From contig CM119269.1 of NCBI GenBank assembly GCA_051294375.1, positions 8,877,619 to 8,941,618 on the forward strand: DNA of 64,000 nt, read 5' to 3'. Below, piece by piece: positions 51,583 to 64,000 of the stretch. Both the position numbers and the translations under genes were made by a program. Under the pieces are notes generated by a model. It was given only the letters and a program-made list of their open reading frames with translations. It was not told the DNA's origin and did no database searches. The number at the start of each line of letters is the position of its first letter. Position 1 is the stretch's first letter. The stretch comes from Paraspadella gotoi (taxonomy: Eukaryota; Animalia; Chaetognatha).

Positions 51583-54500
51583 ATGAAGAACACGCGTTGT
51601 TGCTCTATCGGAGGTCGCAGAGTCTCATAAATTTTATACATATATCTATTATTTTGTATTAATAGAATTTTTTATAAACATCATTTTATATTTAAATATT
51701 GATACTAATTGAAATTTTATTTTATCATAGGTTTTTTTTTAATTTAAACAATGTTTTTATTTTCTAGTTATTTTCTAATTTTCTTAATTTTATTTATTTT
51801 CATAATACTTTTATCATTTTGTCATTTTGTCATAAGGCTTAAGAGCGCTGTTACAACGACTGCTTCACTGCGGATTAATTATCGCCTGTTTTTCCGGTTT
51901 GTCACCTGTTAGGCCTGATGAAGAATAACATTTACAAAAAAAGAAAACTATAAACTATTAACTTTGAAAAATTAACAAAAACCAATCCTAACCACTAAAC
52001 TTTTTTTAAACGAACAATTTATGGTTTCACTTAAAATCTTTTACGTTTAAAATTTTAACATTTTAAAAAAGTATTTAATTTTATAAAAATCTGTTTCATA
52101 TTTTTCGACAATTTTTGACGATTTAAATTATTTTTATTTCCTTTTTATACATTTTTTACACTCAGAAACAAATGGTTTGACTTTCCAGATTTCATCCCGT
52201 TCTCCGAAGGTCAAGTAGTTGACAGCGTCGACGCTGCTGTCTTCAGCGGCGGCGTCGGCGGCGACACGAGCGATCCGGCGCTTCCTGAGTCTTGGATCTT
52301 CGCGGCGCCGAAAACTCCGCCGGCGCCGACGGAATCTCGACGAGAGCGACAACGATATGTCGGCGTCAGTCAGGTTGGTTTTTGTCCTCGTCGTCGTCGT
52401 CGTTGTCACCTCTATGTACTGTCATCATCGTCGTCCTGACTAGTGTTCCGATAACCGTTAACTGTTAACGGTTATTAACGGTTAAAAAATAATTTTAACT
52501 TAACCGTTAATATATTCATTTTAACGGTTAAATTCGGTTAATTTTCAAATGTGATTTTTTTCATTTTTTGGTATGAAATCTTTAAATTAAAAAAAAAAAC
52601 TATTTTTTTTCTGTTCTCTCTTATTCTCCTCTCCCCTTCTCACCATATTTTTACCCCTCTCTCTCTTCTCAAATTTTTCCCTGCTTTTTCCTTTGTTATT
52701 TTCTCTTTTTTTTCTATCCTCATCTCTCTCTTATTCTTTCTTCCCTTTATTTATCTCCTCCTGTTCCTTTCTTTTTCTTTCTCACTTTTCCCCTTTTTCT
52801 TTCCCCCTTTCTTTTTTCTCATTTTTTCGCCCTTTGCTTTTACCTTTTTCCTTTTTTTTGCCCTTTCATGCAATAATATATATTCAATTTAGCTAAAAAT
52901 AAATAATCCCTCTTATTTTACTTTTTCTCTCTTTTTCTATCCTTTTTAAAATTAACAAAGAAGCAAATGAAATAAAACCGAATGAATGAAAAAAATGAAT
53001 AAAAAACAAAATAAAAAAATTATTTTAAAAAATTTAAAAATTAATAATAGAAGGAACGAATCTTAAAAAAGACATATAAAAAAGAATAATGATGATATAC
53101 TTTTTAACTAAACTGAAAAATATATTTATTAATCAATAAATATTTTGATCAATCGATAAATCAACCAATCTATCAATAAATTAAAATTCATATTTATATT
53201 TATGGTCAATGACCATTGGTCATAGTTTATGAAAGACTAACAACAGAAAACTAACAACTAACAAACAACTAACAACTAAAAAAATAATGGGGAATAGAAG
53301 AAGTAGAGAAAGAAAAGAGAAAGCAAAAGAGAGAAAGAGAAAACAAAATATAGAATTAGAATTTGATGGTATCCTTTCGTTTCGTTGTGTTATGAGATTA
53401 GCAAAAATATTTGTTTTGTTACAACAACAATTTTATTTGACATAAAAAATAGACATGTTTCGAGCCAGAGTTAAAGAGAAAATACCATTAAATACTTTAT
53501 TTTGTTTTAAATCTTAATATTTTAAATTTAAAGTTGAATTTTAAAATTAACCGATCTTAACGGTTAACCGTTAAAAATGTTAGTTTTAACGGTTAAGCGA
53601 ATTTCCTAAAAATATTAACGGTTATCGGAACTCTAGTCCTGACCGCTCACATTATTCGAGAAAATGGAAACTAATGAAAAAGATTGTTTAATTCTTCAAT
53701 AATTGATTGATTGATGAATGAATATTTATTTTTTATATTCATTTATTTACTTATTTTTTTAATTATAAAATTTTTTGATTAATCGCCCGACAACATTGTC
53801 GACCCATTGTCGACCCAGCTCCTCCAAGGTCTCGTAACCCTACCCCACGAGTCCTGCGCCACCCGCTCCCGCTGGATGGCGCTGCGCCACGCCACCGACT
53901 CACGCGGCGCCAGAGTGCAGCTAAAGCAACCGTTCGACGACGGGCAGCGTCAGTGGTTTTACGTAACGCGCTGCGTGGTACGAGACGCGGACGATCGGTG
54001 CCAGGGGATCGACGATGAAAGGCAAAGGGGGGGAAGATGAGGGAACAAGGGGGGGAAGATAGGGGCATGGGCGATTGGTGGGTGGGGAGAAGAGCGGGAG
54101 ATCAATCTGGATCTCTCTCTATACAAGCTTTCTCAGAGGGGCAGGACCGCAATGGTGGGCGCGGAAAGTGGAAGGATGTGGACATTTTATTAAAAAAAAA
54201 ATTTAAACAATATTTTTTCGAAAAAAAAAATTAATTATATATCTGTATAGAACACTAACTTATTTTATATTCATTGTTTTGTCCTTCAGCCAGCGAGGTG
54301 GCTACAGTTTTTTTATTTGACGCTGCCGATCTTAAATTTAAGATCCGCAACTCGAAATGTACCTGAAACTTTTGACGAAGTTCTATGTCGACCAAAATGA
54401 AATTTTCGCTTAATTATACTTTGACGAAAAAACATTCTAAGTTTTTCTTCTCTTTCTCAACAGATTCGAATCGCGCTGCGCGCCGGGATTCACTTTCGTC

Positions 54501-54701
54501 GGCGCCTTTTTCCGTCCGGCGCCGGTCGCTGCCGACACTGGCGCCGACGCCGACGCCGATTCGGGCTTCCGCTGGGGCTGGGTCAGCGTCCCTTCCAGCT
54601 GCAACTGCGCCGTTCGACTGAAAAGGTGGGCGGGAATCGATCGTCGGTTGATCGCATGGAGGAAGATGCAAACCCTGGCGGATCTTATGAGGACGGGATA
54701 A
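51583..54701 (+). CDS. Neurotrophin-family (NGF-like cystine-knot) precursor, ~238 aa
   Basis: Exons 51583-51613, 51837-51896, 52189-52373, 53819-54021 and 54464-54701; an alternative in-frame ATG lies at 51442. Hydrophobic leader, pro-region, RRERQR, then ESCATRSRWMALRHATDSRGARVQL...QWFYVTRC...DRCQGIDDERFESRCAPGFTFVGAF...FRWGWVSVPSSCNC. All six knot cysteines are in NGF order. Confidence 0.88.
52441..53635. mobile_element. Non-autonomous hAT-type DNA transposon (MITE), 1195 bp
   Basis: TIRs TAGTGTTCCGATAACCGTTAA / TTAACGGTTATCGGAACTCTA; perfect 8-bp TSD GTCCTGAC (52433-52440 and 53636-53643); subterminal AACCGTT/AACGGTT repeats; no transposase ORF. Confidence 0.9.
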
Positions 54702-54985
54702 AGAGACAGGGGTGTGAGTTGCAGCGGGGCAGGGGTGGAGAGGAGTTACCAGACTTGAAATGAGATTAAGAATGGTTGCCAAGACTTGAGTAATGTTTTT
54801 TTTTCGTTACTAAGCAATCAGCCATATCAATATGATATTTGAAAAAAAAAATCTATTTTTAACATGTTTAGTTGTGAAAAAAAGAGATTAAATTAAGTGA
54901 TAAATGACGCATTTTGGTTGTTTCTTTTTTTATTTTATTTTTTAGTTTTAAATCAGAAAAATAATTCAAGAGCTACAACGTATTT

Positions 54986-55052
<67 letters not shown>

Positions 55053-55150
55053 GCTTTTCAAAACACGAAACAGGTTTCCACTCCTTTCCTGTTTCTCCTT
55101 CATTTTCCAAATTCAGTTTCTTTAATAAACAAAATTTAACGAATTTTGCC

Positions 55151-57240
55151 ATGAAGTCACAAGTTTTAATCCTGCTGATGCTACAACTTTGCTTCTCCTT
55201 GGAGCGAACAGGTATGCTTTACATGTTAAATAATTCCAATCCTGATTGGTCCAATGTTTAATCATTAATGAATGCATTTTCGCTTTGCGCGACGACACAA
55301 ACAAATGATGAGTCAAATTATAAATAAAAAATGATTTAGAAAAATAAAATTCAAGTTCACCTTATTTCGACGCAGTTCCATGTTTCCTGAAAGATGAATT
55401 TTCGGAGGACGAACCGTCACCGCCTAATGACGACCACCAACTCTTTGCCTTTAAATCCTACTCTAATTTGCTATTAGTGCCATATTCCAATTCCACAGAA
55501 TATGGCAATGAGAGAGAGGATACGATCGAAAATGATGGCAAGAAAAATGAGGAAAAGGAAGATGGTAATGAGTTACCTGATTCTCTCGCTGGGGAAAACG
55601 TCTGGACGGCTGAAGACCAAATGGATAACCCGCTCAGTTGCTTCTCCGGAGATGAAAATGAAGATGAAACTGTTTGCGGAAATGATCGGGACGTTCATAA
55701 CGAATATGTCGTTAGAGAAGATAAAAACACTAGCGGCGACGACAAAGAAGATGGCGCAAGAGATCTGGCATCAACTTTCGGCGAAAGATTCTGGAAGGAC
55801 CTTCCATGCGACGTTGTCCAAGATAGAGAAACTAAACTAGGTCAGTTAATCCGTCAAATAATCTCACAAAGTTTTTTAAATTGTCTAAGGTATAATGCTT
55901 TTCCGTCAAGGTCTCTCAGCTTTTTTCTTTTCATACCTATTTCTGTCTTCACTTCTATGAAAATGTTATATCGATGAACGGTCCTATAAGGTTTTTTGAC
56001 GCAGTTACTCTCTAATTACGTGACTTTGTGACTCTGCGATCACTTGACAATGCAGAACTGTTAATTATTTCTAATTATAATGGTTGTACCAATTTCGTAA
56101 ATTATAATTTCCCGCCCTTTTCAAACAGTTCTCCAACAGGTGGACATCAGCGGAGGCGTCGCCGGATCCACCTCAACTTACCCCGCCCACTATGCGGATC
56201 TTGCTTTCGTCCCTCAAACAAAAGAGACCTTCCCGTGGCAGAGTTCCGGTTCCAGCGTCGAGTTGCCGCAGATGGTCTGGTACAAATTTACGAGGCCGAT
56301 AAAGGTGATCACTCTGACCACTTAAGCCATGGCTTGTAAAAGAGTATATTTCTATTTGATAATTTTTTTGTCAAAAATTTCTATTTAAAAATCCCAACCT
56401 TTTTATTTTACTGTTCCATTGGAAAAAAAAGGCGATAAGGTTCGCTTTTTCCTCCCGCGTCGACGGCTGGCTCAGCCAATCACCGTCCGAGTTTGACATC
56501 GTCGGCTCTCACGACTGCTCTGATTGGACGATTCTTAAAACGGAGAAGACAAAATTCGTCCGCCTGGGCGAGGAACAGGGCTGGTGGGTCAATAGTTCCA
56601 GCCCCTTCGCCTGCATCGGGGTTCGTGCCCTCAAGGCACACGAGGGGCAGAAAGTGGCGGCGATTCAGGGAATCAAGATTTGGGAGTTAAAGGGTGAGGC
56701 CATTGGCTAAGATTGGTGAGTGCGGTAAATGTGGTTATGAGCTAGTGGCTTTACGCAATGAGACTTCAGGTCAAGATTAAGTGATTACTGTCTGGGGTGA
56801 ACCAGATTTAAATTTTCACATGATTTATGAAAGAATCATCATCTTTTAACAATCACGCCTTCAACTTTCTTGTCCCAGGTGACTCACCCATCTCTTCCCT
56901 CAACGCAACCGCCACTCCCGGCGCAATTCCCCCCAGAGTCTGGTTCCGTTTGCCAGAACCAATGAAGGTCTTTCACTTTTGGTTTCCTTCGTCGTCGTCG
57001 TCGACTTCACCCCCCTTCGTCTTCGTGGGATCTCACGACTGCGAGAATTGGACGCCGCTCCGCAAAGTCTGCAGCTCCGGCGCCGAGAGACTGCCCTGGG
57101 CGGTGGACCCGCTGAGACGACCCTGGGCGGTACCGCCAAAGAGAGCGGGGACGTTCTCTTGTTACGGATTCGTTATTTTAACGAAAGAAGAAATTGACGA
57201 AAAAAATTTTAGCGAGACGACGTTTTGGGTGAAATTGTGA
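55151..57240 (+). CDS. Secreted protein (~441 aa): signal peptide, acidic linker and two F5/8C-discoidin-like domains
   Basis: Exons 55151-55211 (MKSQVLILLMLQLCFS), 55376-55840, 56129-56304, 56432-56693 and 56879-57240. Repeated PQMVWYKF/PPRVWFRL, VGSHDCxxWTxL and FACIG/FSCYG motifs. The fold assignment is inference. Confidence 0.7.
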
Positions 57241-57667
57241 GAGTTAATGAAAAAAAAATGTGAAAATGTTCGTTTTTATACATAAAATAAATATCTTTAT
57301 TTATAGTCTATTAGGGACGCTAAATAGAAGTGCATTGAGCATTGAACATTCTTTATTAGATTGACTGATTTATATTTTTTTTGGCATGAATAACAACTTA
57401 CTGGCTGTCTTTGAATTAGTCTATTTAATTATATTTAGATTTCACAACTGATTAATAAATAATCACTGAAGCTTAAACAATCGTTTGATATCGACTTTCA
57501 TTGGCTTTGCATATTTTTATTCTTTCTGCGCGCATTCGTTCGTTTGTTCGTAATAGCGTTGTATTTTGATATTCTAAATTTTTTATTTTTTTTTGACAGT
57601 CATTCATGAACCCTTAGTTTATCATGACTGTCTTTCGTTTTTCGCTCTTTGGTCATTCAGCCTTTTG

Positions 57668-60893
<3,226 letters not shown>

Positions 60894-61287
60894 CTCTTTT
60901 TTAGTTTTAATTCATTGAAACTTCAAATTTTATTTTTTTTTAATTTTGAGTAGAAAATATATAGTTTGTTTACCTACAACTTTTTTATTATGACATGTTT
61001 CAGCTTTAATGTATGCCTTCATCAGCGCAAAAAACAATGCTTCAAACAATTTCAAAAATCAAAAAATAAAAAATTAACAATATTTATACTTATTTAATTT
61101 TAAAAATAATTTCCTATTTTCAAATCACCAATTTCCGATTCCAGATGCGAATCCCACTTGACTTCCTTTCGGCTGAAACTCGGCCTTAAAAAAAGATCAA
61201 ACTCAACAAAATCCAATCATTAAATGAATCAAAACTTCCCTTCCAAATTTATATATTTAATAATTTAAAACGAAACCAAAGAAACAA

Positions 61288-62125
<838 letters not shown>

Positions 62126-62744
62126 NNNNNNNNNNNNNNNNNNNNNNNNNCTCCCTCTCCACAGCCTCACCAACACCTGACCATTGCCCTTTCCCTCGCC
62201 CCCTGCTCTTCTTCCACAACTCTGACTTTTATTATATTCTTCATAATTTATTCTTTATTATTCTTCCGACAAATCAAAAATAAAATATAATCTTTGATTT
62301 ATAAATTCCCAAATCAATCGTCGGATGCGAAATGAACTCAGCGAACCCGTGAACTCACGAGAATGAAGAGGGGGGGCGTCGCCGGACTTTGCGAATCACG
62401 ATTTTCGGAATCACCATGACGACGAAGATTGCGAAAATATTTTCTTTTTTTCGGTGACAATCTCTTTTTAAATTTCGAGTATCAAATTGGTACGTGAGTT
62501 GATTTATTTTTATTATCTCGTGGACTTTGCGATCGCTCATCGGATGTTTTTCTTCTTTGAAAAAGTGTCAGTTTATTATTTTTAAATATCTATGGAAACT
62601 TTAATCTTTCAACTATTTTTTAAAACTAATAAATTGTTATTTTTTTTTAGCATCAAGAATAACGCAATGCCGTATATTTTAGTTATTTGTCTTAGGAAAA
62701 AGTTTAAATTGTGATTCGGCAACGAATTTATTTAATAATAATAA

Positions 62745-62785
62745 ACGGACATGTTTCGGTTCGGTTTACGAACCTTCTTCAGCGC
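62745..62785 (-). ncRNA. Minimal type I hammerhead ribozyme motif (Penelope-like element type)
   Basis: Minus strand reads GCG-CUGAAGA-A-GGUUCG-UAAAC-CGAACC-GAAA-CAUG-UC/CGU: conserved core, 6-bp stem II, palindromic ACAUGU stem III, GUC cleavage triplet, and stem I continued by flanking inverted repeats. Confidence 0.7.
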
Positions 62786-63477
62786 AGTTAATTATTATCA
62801 TTAAATAAATTCGTTGCCGAATCACAATTTAAACTTTTTCCTATGTCCCAAACGAAACGAAAAGAAAGGAAATTATAACAGTTATTTGTCTATACTAAAT
62901 CGTAATATATCTGGGAGTGAATAAACTAGGCTGTGAGAGAGTTTTTTCACAGTCAGGGGCAAGATAGCTCATTTATTAAATGAATGATTAATTTGTATAT
63001 TGGTTGTACCAATTTCATTTCATAAAACGGTACACCGTTGTTCATCTGTTACCCTAAGTCTAAGAAAGTTTACTGCTGCCATCTCGGGGGAGAAAAAAAG
63101 TTTCGCTAATCCGGACCGGTTTTTTTTCGGTCACGCAATCTTGATTGACTCTGCTGATCGATTCTGCGTCAGAAATTTCAGCTCATAATTATATGATTGT
63201 CGAATCAACCTATTTACTGAATAAACAAATTAACATTTGAGAAAAGTTATCCCATTCACTCAAAACTGATGTAAGTTTTTCATCCGATTTTTTTTAAAAT
63301 TGAAAAAGCAAATAAATTTTCGTTGGAAGCGAAATTTGCCTCGCGCCCGAAGCTGAAACAAGTAAGGAATTAAAATAATGAGAATGAGAAAAAAGATAAG
63401 TACAATATGAATAAAGAAAAGAGCAAAAGGATCGCATTTTAAAATCATTATTCAATTTTCAAACCTTTAGGCATAAA

Positions 63478-63800
63478 ATGAAGACGACAATGACGACGAC
63501 GATGACGACGACAAGGAACGCTCTTGGAATCATGATTTCGTTCTTACCTCTCGTCATGGCCTCCGGCGGATCTAGTAAGTTAAATTGAATTTTTTTATAA
63601 TTAATTTAGAGCATAATAAAATTGATAAAAAAAATTAAATTAACGTCCATCCAGAATTCGACGGGAAATCCTTCGTGGGCGGAATGCTCTGTTGTTTAAT
63701 TGTCACTTTTATTGGTTTCGTTATTCGCCGTGTCTGGCGAACAACGTGTTCCGGAATTCCCTTCACCTTTTGTCCACAGGTGAACAAATACAGTGTTTAG
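63478..63800 (+). CDS. Small CD164/porimin (MGC-24)-like membrane protein, ~80 aa
   Basis: Exons 63478-63574 and 63655-63800 (or a donor after 63779). KFDGKSFVGGMLCCLIVTFIGFVIRR resembles the FDAASFIGG-TM signature. Confidence 0.55.
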
Positions 63801-64000
63801 TATATTACAATCTCAAAATACAAAACCTACTGGAAATTTACACATCGCGCGAGAAAAACTTTTCACGCCAAACTTTGCGTAGATCTTTGATGGGATTTTC
63901 GAGGTTGGAATAATAATACTAATAAAGTGTCCGATGCAAGGAAAGGCTAACGATCGCCTTTCCGAACGAATTCGCACACCTCGCTTCCCACAGGGAGGCT

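Overview
Intron-rich animal (invertebrate-like) genomic DNA from a draft scaffold. It has N-gaps, some error-prone gap-fill, CpG-rich exons and AT-rich introns full of microsatellites. Manual splicing gives these genes: a CNGA-type cyclic-nucleotide-gated channel (-, 2973-9872); a low-complexity orphan gene (+, 15538-19207); a CDC14 phosphatase (-, about 19360-22930, with apparent frameshifts); a mucin-like S/T/P/A-rich gene fragment (+, 28331-30383 and beyond); a MYORG-type GH31 type II membrane protein that appears to have lost both catalytic Asp residues (+, 39206-49022); a neurotrophin-family cystine-knot precursor that the ORF track largely misses (+, 51583-54701); a secreted protein with two discoidin-like domains (+, 55151-57240); a single-domain phospholipase B1-like GDSL lipase (-, 57668-60893, with an inverted 5' copy); and a very small CD164/porimin-like membrane protein (+, 63478-63800). 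Non-coding highlights are a minimal hammerhead-ribozyme motif inside a long hairpin, a hAT-type MITE with an 8-bp TSD, an LTR-like end followed by a 47-nt tRNA-Leu(CCA) copy inside a minisatellite, tRNA-derived SINEs, and unusual splice signals (GG and GC donors, A-rich AAG acceptors). Exon coordinates were worked out by hand and family comparisons are from memory of reference motifs; no searches were run.
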